Shown piece by piece: positions 52,459 through 64,000 of a stretch of DNA of 64,000 nucleotides (position 1 is its first letter; each line of letters opens with the position of its first letter). The position numbers and the translations under genes were made by a program. This DNA comes from Octopus bimaculoides. Its lineage: Eukaryota. The notes beneath the pieces are model-generated. The model saw only the letters and a list, made by a program, of their open reading frames with translations. It did not search any database and was not told the DNA's origin. The stretch lies in assembly GCF_001194135.2 (NCBI RefSeq), contig NC_068990.1, forward strand, positions 24,503,885-24,567,884. The letters are read 5' to 3'.

Positions 52459-52750
52459 TTATGTATATGTACATGTATACACATACACGCACCCTCCACA
52501 CACACCTTCCCCCCACATACGTACACTTATATATGTATGTATACATGTGTGAGTGAGTGTATCCGTTCGTTCGTGTGTGTGTGTTAGTGTATGTGTTTAT
52601 ACAGCTTATATAATTTTTGTTTGAGGGAGTAAAACAAAGCGGACACATTTCGAGATTTTCCTCATCCCATAATACACAAAACAAATGTAAAGTTTTACAG
52701 ATCATCCTTTTTTGCCGTTTTGACTTGCTCACTGTCTTCTATATGAACAG

Positions 52751-52850
52751 GTTCTATTTGATAAATCGTCAGACGAATGTTTCAGCAAAGAATTTTCTAT
52801 GGATCAGCAAGGGCCATATGGAACCCAGTTGGGAAACTTTGGCCTAAATG
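52751..52850 (+). CDS. Probable exon C (100 nt) of an unidentified host gene
   Basis: Long pyrimidine tract ttttttgccgttttgacttgctcactgtcttctatatgaacAG and strong donor ATG|GTGAGT. Frame 0 is open: VLFDKSSDECFSKEFSMDQQGPYGTQLGNFGLN(G). The sequence is not repeat-like. Confidence 0.6.
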
Positions 52851-53445
52851 GTGAGTATATTATTATAGAAACACAGCTTGAAATAAAATATGGAATAAAG
52901 AACTCATGCGATTTGTAGTCTTCAATTAAAATGTGGAACTAAACATGTACTAGAATAAGAAGAAAAGTCAATATAAGACACTCTGTGTGTGAGTAACTCT
53001 GTGTGAATGTGTGTTTGTGTGTGTGCATATATGTGTGTTTTTATTTTAATGATCGCAGTAAGTCAGTACAAAGCATATATACAAATATTTACGATTAGAA
53101 AATAGCAAATGGAAGAAAAAATATTTTTTAAATTTACAGAAAATCATTTGAAAGATAAATTGTGGCGAACAGGAAGCAAGAATTTCTAATCAAACAAGGA
53201 AAAACGAAATATGCTCAGCCTAGTCTGTCTAACAAAGCATTTAGAATTAAAGAAAATAAAAAATAACCAATATATAGATATATGTAACATAAAATAGCTT
53301 TGAATGTATTGTTTTTCCTAATAAGCATTACTAAGAATTTTAAGAACAAAACTAACTAGTGTATTCTTAAATTACATCTAACAGAATATACATACATACC
53401 AACATGCACATATAAAGAGAGAATACGTATAGAATATAAATATAT

Positions 53446-53516
<71 letters not shown>

Positions 53517-53848
53517 NNNNNNNNNNNNNNNNNNNNNNNNNNNNNNNNNNNNNNNNNNNNNNNNNNNNNNNNNNNNNNNNNNNNNNNNNNNNNNNNNNNN
53601 NNNNNNNNNNNNNNNNNNNNNNNNNNNNNNNNNNNNNNNNNNNNNNNNNNNNNNNNNNNNNNNNNNNNNNNNNNNNNNNNNNNNNNNNNNNNNNNNNNNN
53701 NNNNNNNNNNNNNNNNNNNNNNNNNNNNNNNNNNNNNNNNNNNNNNNNNNNNNNNNNNNNNNNNNNNNNNNNNNNNNNNTTTAATAGAAATCTAACTTTT
53801 GGACACCCTCCCCACCAAAAAAAAAATCAAAATGTTCTACTTGAACTA

Positions 53849-53929
<81 letters not shown>

Positions 53930-54319
53930 TATTCAATCGTTACCAAGAGAAATGTTCTTTGGAATAAATGCAAAAACAAGTATTAGTTCCTGGGAGGGGA
54001 TATTCTCGATATCCTGTTGTAGAGCAATAGTAAAAGAAGGCCGGAGGTTTAAACTTCTAATATTTTATATACACGCATTATATTCTTTACATCTACAACG
54101 GCTGTTATACGTAATTCTGCGACAAAATACCAGAATGTCTAAAAAGAAGCAACACAAGATCACAATAACTAAAAAGAAAGAAGAGGCAAGAATAGAAAGG
54201 AGATTAATGTACAGTCTTATTGAATGATTAATAAAAGAAAACGTTTCGGCATTCTGAAATAGGTAATAGATATAGCAGGTCTTACGCGATTCTACGTACG
54301 GTGATACTTTCATGTGTGC

Positions 54320-54490
54320 TTTTCTACTCTAGGCACAAGGCCCGAAACTTTTGAGGCGGGGGCTAGTTGGTTAGATCGACTCCAGTACACCATTGGTACT
54401 TAATTTATTGACCCCGAAAGGATGAAAGGTAAAGTCGACTTCGGCGGAATTTGAACTCAGAACTTAAAGACAGACGAAATACCGCTATGT
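54320..54490 (-). mobile_element. SINE family A copy
   Basis: CTACTCTAGGCACAAGGCCCGAAAC..GACCCCGAAAGGATGAAAGGTAAAGTCGACTTCGGCGGAATTTGAACTCAGAAC..GACGAAATACCGCTA. Confidence 0.9.
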
Positions 54491-55229
54491 ATATATGTGT
54501 TTATATATATGTGTGTGTATATGTGTGTGTATATGTATGTATACACGTGTGTATGTATGTGTGTATGTTTGCATGTCTGTATATATATATGTATGTATGT
54601 ATATATGTATATCTCTTGCAGGAATCCCTCAGAAATCCCGGGTTGGTGTCCGGTGTGCTTGAAGACCAATGGGAATCAAGCACTCTCTAGCTTTTGCTAA
54701 AGCATAACTCTAGAAGTAGATCATTCTGGTATAAAACTAAATAGACATGGAATGGCATTGAACATTTTGGAGGTCTTTTGCTTGCTCCTACATTCCTGGG
54801 CCCGCAACCCATATAGGTACTGGATATCCTACCCTGGATTCTCTCTAGATAGTATCAGTTGGGTAGAGAGGATCTGTGGGGTGCTGTGGAATCCTTATTG
54901 GACCTCAGATTTTAGGTTGAGTAATCGCTGGTGAGGTGAATTTCTCATGCCCATTTTAGTAGGAGAGCCGCTCGGTGAACATGGAAGTTGCAGGCGCGAA
55001 ACAGGGTGAAGCCGACCGTGGGTGCACTAACTTCATATACGGGTATTGCTGACATTCAGCAATGGTTAGTGAGTGAAGAGCTATTATTTATATCTCTTAT
55101 GGAGTACTGTGCTTAAAAACACAAAATATATAGGAGCCAGACGAAAACTGTTTTAGCAACGTTCAGTTGATTACAGTCACTTTAATCAACTGACTTTAAG
55201 ATTTTCGAACACGATATATCATGAGAGAA

Positions 55230-55870
55230 CGGAAATAGCTACTGAGTTTATACGTAGTATAAATAACTGTGTGGTAAAACGAAGACATCTTTATCGGATA
55301 TGTATAACTGGGAATTTTAAGGATGACCCGAAGATTTTTCTGTAAACATTGAACTCGAAAGTCTTCTCAGAGTATCATTTGCCAGCAAATAGGAACGATT
55401 TTCCAGCAAACCGAACGATTACATTAACAAATCATGTATAATTTAAGATTGTTCGATTTTCATAAAATAGACTAAATTTGGAGACAACTTACATTGCGCA
55501 TGACGTATTAGAATGTTCAACAAGCCATAGCTTAAGTATCAAACTTCTAGCGGGATTTTAGTTTCTAATAACAATCCAAAGACGATCTTTTGATAATTTA
55601 TAATCTGGGGACTCAATTCTTCCATTTAGCTAAAAGCTCAGAAAGTGAATATTTCAAAAGTAGCCGTCATTCAGTAATAGCTTTGGTATATATTTACCTT
55701 TTCCCTTAAACTGTACAGGAAACTCCAATACATTCTTAATGTCAGATGTTGCTGATTCTCCTGTTATCCAAAGGTGACTGAAATTACATCGTTTCTCGAA
55801 CATTTTAAAATCAGCCACAGAAGCAGTAAACCTGTCAGTGGCTTTCTCGCCTTTTCCTTTCAACTGATTA
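55230..55870 (-). mobile_element. Degenerate Tigger/pogo-type transposase (CENP-B HTH end to DDE_1)
   Basis: FTASVADFKMFEKRCNFSHLWITGESATSD..EFP..GKYIP (ORF 55654-55863), then ESPDYKLSKDRL, NPARSLILKLWLVEHS, SGHP and VFVLPHS. These are colinear with Tigger motifs FxASxGW..KKR..GESASAD, APGFKASKDRL, NAAGDFKLKPL, DNAPGHP, FLPPN. Confidence 0.85.
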
Positions 55871-55904
55871 AATAGATTTTACAATATTTACTGGATGGTT
55901 TGGA

Positions 55905-56290
55905 TGAGTTGTGGAGGCACAATGGCCCAGTGGTTAGGGCAGCGGATTCGCGGTCATAGGATCGCGATTTCGATTCCCAAACCGCGCGTTGTGAGTGTTT
56001 ATTGAGCGAAAACACCTAAAGCTCCACGAGGCTCCGACAGGGGATGGTGGCGAACCCTGCTGTACTCTTCCACCACAACTTTCTCTCACTCTTTCTTCCT
56101 GTTTCTGTTGTACCTGTAATTCAAAGGATCAGCCTTGTCACACTGCGTCACACTGAATATCCCCGAGAACTACGTTAAGGGTATACGTGTCTGTGGAGTG
56201 CTCAGCCACTTGCACGTTAATTTCACGAGCAGGCTGTTCCGTTGGTCGGATCAACTGGAACCCTCAACGTCGTAAGCGACGGAGTGCCAA
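55905..56290 (+). mobile_element. SINE family D (distinct tRNA head and central domain, tail shared with family B)
   Basis: GGAGGCACAATGGCCCAGTGGTTAGGGCAGCGG..GATTTCGATTCCC..CCCTGCTGTACTCTT..GTCGTAAGCGACGGAGTGCC. Confidence 0.9.
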
Positions 56291-56835
56291 CACACACATT
56301 GGATGAGTAAAGCTGTAATATCCTTCACCCATAAACTTCATGACTCCATATTTTTTTCATTTTTTAATGCATTGGCATGTTATATTAGAAGCATGGGTTC
56401 ATTTAAATTCAGTAACACTACTTCAGATTGATTGACTATAGTTCTTTAGAGTTGATCGTCCAAATCCTAATGATTCTGAAACTACAATTGTCTTCTCCAT
56501 TTCTTTTATTTCTATAATCTTTGATTTGGTACTTAATAAAATTGCATTATGCATGCTTCTGTTACAGGATGATAAGGATTGTAGTTTCTTCTTTAAATTA
56601 TGATAGTTTAATAAGTCGTGAAATAGCTGTATTCGTGATACTATGAAGCAGAGTAAATATCCCTGGTCAAAAGCAAACAATGTCTGACTGACTGATTGCT
56701 TTATTTGTGCGTCATAATAAAGCAGACGACATTCCAAGCAGCGAAAATTGTAATGTGTGTGTGTGTGTTTGTGTGTGTGCGTATGTTTGTGTGTGTGCGT
56801 ATGTGTATGTGCGCGCGCGCCTGTATTACTACTAT

Positions 56836-57202
56836 AGCACTCCGTCGGTTACGGCGACGAGGGTTCCAGCTGATCCAATCAACGGAACAGCCTACTCGTG
56901 AAAGAATCGTGCAAGTGGCTGAGTACTCCACAGACACGTGTACCTATAACGTAGTTCTCGCGAAGATACAGCATGAAACAGAGTGTGACAAAGCTGGCCC
57001 TTTGAAATAAAGAAAGTGTGAGAGAAAGTTGTGGTGAAAGAGTACAGCAGGGTTAGCTCCCCCCCCCCGCCACCCTGCCGGACCCTCGTAGAGCTTTAAC
57101 TGTTTTCGCTGAATAAACACTCACAGCACCCGATCTGGGAATCGAAACCGCGATCCTATGACCACGAGTCTCCTGCCCTAACCATTGGGGCATTGGGCCT
57201 CC

Positions 57203-57205
<3 letters not shown>
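56836..57205 (-). mobile_element. SINE family D, inverted relative to the 55905-56290 copy
   Basis: GCACTCCGTCGGTTACGGCGACGAGGG..AAGAGTACAGCAGGG..GGGAATCGAAACCGCGATCCTATGACC..CCCTAACCATTGGGGCATTGGGCCTCC. Confidence 0.9.
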
Positions 57206-57240
<35 letters not shown>

Positions 57241-57320
57241 GCACTCACACATACACACAAACACACACATGCATATATATAGGCTTGTATGTATATTATA
57301 TATATATTTGTGTGTGTGTA

Positions 57321-57354
<34 letters not shown>

Positions 57355-57420
57355 AACAAACAGAGTGTGCGTTGTGCTACATGGATGTGTCAATGGTTGA
57401 ACAGACAGAACACAATAAGG

Positions 57421-57721
57421 AGAAAACGTTAGACGAAAGCAAAGCAAACAGGAAACAATACGAAAACTTAACAGATGGAGGATATAGACAAGGGCACAAT
57501 ACACGGAATATTCGTTGCTGAATTTTCCTCGTCAGTCAATAACCAAAACATCATCGTGATTTCAATGATAATGGTGCGAAGCCACGATGATATTTTGGTC
57601 ATTGACTGACGAGGAAAATTCAGCTGCGAATATTCCGTGTATCGTGTTCTTGTCAATATTCCCCGTCTGTTAAGTTTTTGTTTCTTGTTTCCTCTTTGGT
57701 CTGCTTTCGTCTAACTTTTTC

Positions 57722-57722
<1 letters not shown>
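57421..57722. repeat. Long inverted repeat, ~140-bp arms and 24-nt loop
   Basis: 57421-57558 is the reverse complement of 57583-57722. The inner half is nearly perfect and the outer half more diverged. Confidence 0.9.
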
Positions 57723-57760
<38 letters not shown>

Positions 57761-57777
57761 TTATGTATTTATGTATG

Positions 57778-57831
<54 letters not shown>

Positions 57832-58127
57832 CATATATGTATTTATATATGTACGTAGCGTATGATATTTTCTCTACTTGTATGCTTCAATTGTGTCGCC
57901 TGTCATTATATGATACTTAATAGAGGCGGACACAGGTGTCATACATAAATGTTATTATTGTACACCTTTATCTCCTCGCTTGACGCCTACGTTAGAAGTT
58001 CTCATTATAAACACATACATTCGAGTTATGGTCTGCCATTATTCTTACCCAAACTTTGGATACACAGGCATACACATTCATACATACATACATACATACA
58101 TACATACATACATACATACATACATAC

Positions 58128-58170
<43 letters not shown>

Positions 58171-58269
58171 GAGAGAGAGAGAGAGAGAAAGAGACGTAGA
58201 TTGACAGATAGAAAGGTATAGATTCAATGATCTGGGTATTGAACTCGGTGCACAAGTATTATGTCTATG

Positions 58270-58620
58270 TATAATAACTGTTTCAAATTTTGGCACAAGC
58301 CCAGTAATTTTGAGTGTTGGATCTTAGTCGAAATCAATAATCTTCCTACTTGACTAGCACATTATTTTATCGGCCTCGAAGGAAGTTAAGACTAAGCAGA
58401 TCTCTGTGGGACCAGAACTCAGAAGAAATATCCTAAGATCTTTTTTCCCTCACTCAATCTATTTTGCCGTTTCACCGTCTCGTATCTGTGTCCAATAATA
58501 ATTTCGAGTTTTGGTACAAGGCTAGAAATTTTAGTGGAGGCGATAAGTCGATTACAATGACACCAGATTTCAACTGGTATTTATTTTATCGAACACGTAA
58601 GGAATAAAAGGCAAAACACC
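58270..58620 (-). mobile_element. Two decayed family A SINE copies in tandem
   Basis: TTTCAAATTTTGGCACAAGCCCAG.. at 58280 and TTTCGAGTTTTGGTACAAGGCTAG..CTGGTATTTATTTTATCG at 58500. Confidence 0.7.
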
Positions 58621-58699
58621 CACTCCTACACACGGACTTTAGATACTTTAGCGGATTCCATTAGGGTTTAGGAAATAGTGAAACAGAATTCCAGTAATG

Positions 58700-59405
58700 T
58701 TACAAAATTGAAACAAAATTTCAGGTGTTCACCACCAGACTAGAGTGTCAGGAGTATACAGCGTAGAGACGAGCCTAGAAAAGAGCAATACTATGGTTAA
58801 TAATAAAACCCCAAACCTAGTAACCAGCATCATGTTAAACACAGATTTCAAAATGAGATAACAGCTTGACTCAGTTTAGCCTCTGCCGCCATGGCGAAGC
58901 TGCACACCATTTGGAAAAAGCTATTTCATTAACTTTCTAATAAAACTTAGTGTGCAAGGTGCTGGCGACTTCGATCCTTCTCTATGGGTGTGAGCTGGAC
59001 TCTTGCAGATGACATGGAGCGAAAAATCAAAGCATTTGAGCACTAGTGTTTCAAGAGGCTTATTACACATCCTGTACACAGAGCACTAAACAAACAGCCT
59101 TTTTTAGGCGGTAAGTCAACAAATATGCCGGCACTGCTTGCTCGGGTTATAAAGCGAAAGCTTGTTTAGTACAGTCATGTATCCAGCCACAATCCCTGTC
59201 CAAATCTATTTCCCAGGGCACAGTCGAGAGAGGGTGAAAGAAAGACAGACAGAGAAAATCCTGGTTAGACAACATCAAGGACTGGACAGCAAACCTGTTA
59301 CGCATGACAAGGAACAGAGACAAGTGGAGACACTTGACTACGAAAGCATCTAGAGTGGCACCACAACGACTGGCTGCATCAGCGAAGGGATCTTGATGAT
59401 GATGA
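58700..59405 (+). mobile_element. RTE-clade LINE 3' end, degenerate
   Basis: SLEKSNTMVN, ILLYGCE/WTLADDMERKIKAFEH*CFKRLL, KRKLV*YSHVS.HN.LSKSI.QGTVE..RQRKSWLDNIKDWT, ending in a (GAT)n tail typical of RTE 3' ends. Confidence 0.9.
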
Positions 59406-60879
59406 TTAGTTAGGAAGCGTTCGAATGGTGTCAGCTGTTTTAGGATAAATCGATATGTTGAGGCGCTGCCCTCCACTACTGCAAAATTTAGCTTCTTACT
59501 CTTTTTTTTTTTTTGCTTTTCACAGCTTCGAAGGCGTTAAAAACAGAGAACGACTTCTGATCGTTCTCAACTGACAGAGCAGTAAACATAAACTAAGTAT
59601 TGGGCTTGATTGAACCGATTATATCCTCTGCCCAAAGAAATCAATTTTAACCTTATGCAAATAATGAGTCGCTGTAAACCGTACAGCAGCCGCATACCGG
59701 CTCATATCATTAGGAGTTGGGTATACGTTACGATCCACTATATTTCAGTTAAAGTATGTCATTAGTATCTCTGACGACAATAACGTTTATCGATATACAA
59801 GTTGTATTTGTATTGCCTTGCACTGCTTTACCCTGTCTCTAATATCACGACATGTAACTAAAATGAACGCCTTCAATTTTAAAGCAAATATAAGACATAA
59901 GTGGGAATGCACTTTAGCTAAAATCAATAAATTATTATGACACTATGATCAATTTTAAGCAACGTTTGCGTATGACATTTAGTTTCAGTATTAAATCAAC
60001 ATAATTTATAGCACTGGTCTACTGGCGCCTATGCATTAGTGTTACACATTTAACAGTTTACATTAGAGAAGGAAATAGAAACGTTTAACACAATAAGATA
60101 AAGTCGACAGTCAAATTTTCATTAATCATAACTATGGAACGAAATCGGAAGCATAGACGATAAATTGAACATAGTGAAAGAAGTGATAGATGTTCAATAA
60201 CATTATCAATGGACAGGTACCAAAGACACAATAGAAATATTTATCATAATGTAACGGTGGCATGATGATTTACATATTTATGCAACGAAATAGAACAAAA
60301 CAGAAACACAAGTATTTAAATGGAATGGAATTTTCATACACCCTGCTGGTTGTAATGTAGTTTTTCTTTCAGCTCGAGTTGTTCGAAAATTGTTCAACGC
60401 ATTATTTAAGATTTATATCACGTCATTTACGTAGGTACATACATACATACATATATACATATGTATACATCATATATACATATACATGAACATATATATA
60501 TATATATATATATTTGACGCGCCATTAAGAAAACTACATTTTTTTACTGTTCCTACTGTAATATAACAACTGTGCTGATGATGCTTATTGAGGCAGAAAC
60601 ATGAGACAAAGGCTCCTCTTTTGTCTGTAGGGAATAAGACTGTCTTGTCCATCACAGCCTGCCTAATTTGGTGAATTTTGATTGGTGAGATTATTTCCAA
60701 TTCTCATTTAGTGCTGATACCAAATGTCACAAAATGATTGAACTTACTTCTCAGAAAGCGGAGACGTTTTTAATAAGTAAAAAAGTTGTTTCCTGCGTTA
60801 CTTGATATACATTTGTTTTCGGTTGTGTTGTTGTACAACATGCTACTAGCGATTCTGAGTAGTTTTTCTTAGCACGTTT

Positions 60880-60984
60880 ATAAATATATAAAGATGTATG
60901 CATGTATATATGGATGGATGGATGGATGGATGGATGAATGGATGGATGGAGGTAGGTAGGTAGGTGGGTTGGTAGGTACATATA

Positions 60985-61023
<39 letters not shown>

Positions 61024-61084
61024 GTATGTATATATACATACATATATCTACATATATCTATATATATATTCCTACATATATATG

Positions 61085-61147
<63 letters not shown>

Positions 61148-61200
61148 ATGTATTTATGCACATGTATGTATATATGAATGTATGCATGTGTGTATATGTG
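60880..61200. repeat. Compound (GGAT)n-(AGGT)n-(TA)n microsatellite field
   Basis: Direct reading. Confidence 0.95.
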
Positions 61201-61785
61201 TTTCTATGTAAGTGTACATAAGACAAATCTTGTAATATTTTAACAGATATACCCCTTAACATTTTTTACTTAAAATATTACTTGCTTTTCCACAAAAACC
61301 AACTCTCGATGAAATTAATGCAATTGCATTCCAGTTGTGACAATCTTATCAATAAGAAATGTGTATGTCCGTATGTACGTACGTACGTACGTATGTATGT
61401 ATGTATGTATGTATGTATATGCATATATAAACGCATATACATAGATATATATATGCATTATGTAACATAAATGTATACAAACATATATACACATATGTAT
61501 GTACGTATGTATGTATGTAGGTAGGTAGGCAGATAGGTATGCATGCATGCAGGCGACGTGTATATCAATGTACAATATATGGAAGAACTCTGCGTTGCAC
61601 AGCACAACCTTCTACAGTTTTCTGTAGAATCTACTTAGAAACTTAGAATCAGTTTCTGATTTCTATGCTAAAAATATTGGAGATTATAATATTGGAATAT
61701 AATATTGGAGATTCTTTGCTATAAATATTAAAGATAGAATTTTGTCATGTTTCGAAAATTAAATCTTTTTTGTTTCTCTCTTACT

Positions 61786-61787
<2 letters not shown>

Positions 61788-61841
<54 letters not shown>

Positions 61842-61862
61842 GCTGTTGTTATTGTTGTTGTT
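61788..61862. repeat. (GTT)n microsatellite
   Basis: Direct reading. Confidence 0.95.
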
Positions 61863-62004
61863 TTGTTTTGTTTCGGGTGAGTTGCAGTTATTTTACTCAA
61901 TGTTTAACTCTGAAACCAGACCCAAAACCCTAACACTAAGCAGTAAAATGAACCACAAACCGAAATCTTACTTTTCTATTTTTGATATCTTCATTATAAC
62001 AAAG

Positions 62005-62215
62005 CTGGCGTGCTGGCAGAAGTGTTAGCACGCCGAGTGAAAATGCCTACCACCACTTTACCTGTCTTTATACGTTCTGAGTTCAAATTCCACTGAGGTC
62101 GACTTTACATTTCATCCTTCCGGGGCCGATGAAATAAGTACCAGTTGAACACTGGAGTCGATACAATCGTCTCCCCTGAAGTTGTTGGCCTTGTGCTAAA
62201 ATTTGAAGCCAATAC
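62005..62215 (+). mobile_element. SINE family A, full-length copy
   Basis: GCTGGCAGAAGTGTTAGCACGCCG..TTCTGAGTTCAAATTCCACTGAGGTCGACTTTACATTTCATCCTTCCGGGGCCGAT..GGCCTTGTGCTAAAATTTGAAG. Confidence 0.9.
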
Positions 62216-62790
62216 ATGGAAAAATATACACAGCACAACTCTGTACACTTTTATTTTGAATCTATTGAGCAACTTAGAAAATGTTTCAGATTTCGGTTAC
62301 AAACATTAGGGATTGATATTTTATCATGTTTTAAAAATATTCATGTTTGTTAATTCTATTTATTTGTCAGTTATTTCGTTCTCTGTGTAGCTCTGAAACT
62401 AAACAGTTTTTCCTAGACCAAAATCCCTAGCGCTAATCAATAAAATGAACGATATACCGAGCTTTTACTTGCGGCATTTTAATATCTTCTTTATAACATG
62501 TATTTCAGTAAAATGAAAGAATCAGAATTAATAGCAGAGATCTATCAGATTTTGTAGCTAGTTCATATGAATGGGATAAGGTTTAGCTTGGAGGAATGAA
62601 ATAGGGGTTATCCATGTAAGCGAGGAATTGATAGCAACAAAGTTAAACAAGGATAGACTGGGGGAGTCAGTTTACCATTGTAATTCATTTCTACATAACA
62701 GTTCGAAGGAAAGAATAAATTCCATAGAGTCCTAGTTCCTGCTCCCTATTAATGCAAGTTTCTGTATCTAGTAAAATAATAATCAACATA

Positions 62791-63200
62791 GGTGCATGTA
62801 TGATGGCTGAAGCGGATTTTGCAATCACTGAGTTCTGGGTTCAGTCTCACTGCATGTCAATTTGAGCAAGTGTTTTCTATTATATCCCCGAGTTGATTAT
62901 TATTGCCTTGTGAGTGAATTTAGTAGATGGAGATTGTGTGGAAGCCCACCATACAAACACACATTCATATGTATGTATGTATGTGTGTATGTCTTTGCAT
63001 TTGTCCCACCTCTAACACTTGATAAACGATGTTAGTTTACGTTCCCATAACGTAGCGGTTCGGCAAAAGAGACCCAATCGTGTAAGTACAAGACTTCAAA
63101 CAAGAAATATTAGAGGCGATTTGTTCAACTAGACCTTTCAAGACAATGCCCTTGCATGGCCGTAGTCCAGTGAGTGAAGCAAGTAAAATACGAAAGATAA
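62791..63200 (+). mobile_element. SINE family C, diverged full-length copy
   Basis: GGTTCAGTCTCACTGCATGTCAATTTGAGCAAGTG..internal (TATG)n..TAGCGGTTCGGCAAAAGAGAC..GCATGGCCGTAGTCCAGTGAGTGAAGCAAGTAAAA. Confidence 0.8.
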
Positions 63201-63804
63201 CTGATATTTATTAAATGACAAAGCGATATCAAATAGTTAAAATCCACCTCGACTCGATTCAAAATTAGAAAAGAGTGGTACAAAATAAAATTAAGCATGG
63301 GAAATAATTGCGAAATTCTGTTTCTACCACCATAACAGAATACTACCGTTCATTACTGTATTATGCAGATTTTGTTTGGGGGCATAATTTAAGCAATATG
63401 TTGCAATGTTATTTAAAATAATAGCGTATTTATATCAAACTTAAATCAAGCAGAATAACTAGAAAATAAAACAATATTTAATATTTTCAAATAAAACCTG
63501 TACGTTTATTTTTTGATCCAAAATATTTTTAGACTAATTGATTTAAAATCACATCAGTTAAACAATAGCGGCTGTCGAAAATTGTTTGTTGGATGCATTA
63601 CACAAATCAAATATAAACAGCTATAAGCGTAACATAAAACGTCAACAAAGTTGATACCAAGAATAAATATAAATGTATTCATGTATTCGCTCTGTCAGCT
63701 TGAATAAACAATAACGAAACATCGGGAAATCTGTGGGAAATATATATGATACAAACGATTATCTCATAACAAACATGCAAAAAATATATACTCTATTACT
63801 CTTT

Positions 63805-63990
63805 TACATGTTTTAGTCATTTGACTGCGGCCATGCCGGAGCACCACCTTTAGTCGAGCAAATCGACCCCGGGACTTATTCTTTGTAAGCCTAGTACTTA
63901 TTCTATCGGTCTCTTTTGCCGAACCGCTAAGTGACGGGGACATGAACACACCAGCATCGTTTGTCAAGCAATACTAGGGGGACAAACACA
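63805..63990 (-). mobile_element. SINE family C, 3' half (continues past the window end)
   Basis: GTCATTTGACTGCGGCCATGCCGGAGCACCACCTTTAGTCGAGCAAATCGACCCCGGGACTTATTC..TTGTCAAGC..GGGGGACAAACAC. Confidence 0.92.
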
Positions 63991-64000
63991 CACACACACA

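Noticed and set aside
60373-60435. Possible next + strand exon (tttttctttcAG|CTCGAGTT..GTAG|GTACAT), open in phase 1
   Set aside because: The donor is weak and overlaps an (ACAT)n repeat, and the composition is intron-like.

Overview
AT-rich eukaryotic genomic DNA, mostly intronic or intergenic, with about ten N-gaps that nearly all abut dinucleotide microsatellites. The repeat content (several tRNA-headed SINE families, very dense microsatellites) looks like an octopus genome; this is my inference from recognising the repeats, not a database result. No complete protein-coding gene is present, and most ORFs in the supplied track are microsatellite or gap artefacts. Supported content: decayed non-LTR retrotransposons (R4/Dong-like RT at 1-1132, RTE fragments at 18.9 kb and 58.7-59.4 kb), four mariner remnants, a Tigger/pogo remnant, a Tc1/mariner-type MITE, a Helentron-type non-autonomous element, a Penelope GIY-YIG fragment, and dozens of SINE copies. 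Three candidate + strand exons (41738-41838, 46468-46499, 52751-52850) have canonical splice sites and join in one open frame. The most interesting signal is a set of hammerhead-ribozyme motifs in small Penelope-like elements that end on (TA)n tracts. These include a nearly intact type I hammerhead (6084-6158) and one in the tail of a tRNA-headed SINE-like element (50442-50867). Several long fold-back structures are also present (13781-14018, 57421-57722, and an inverted SINE pair at 55905-57205).
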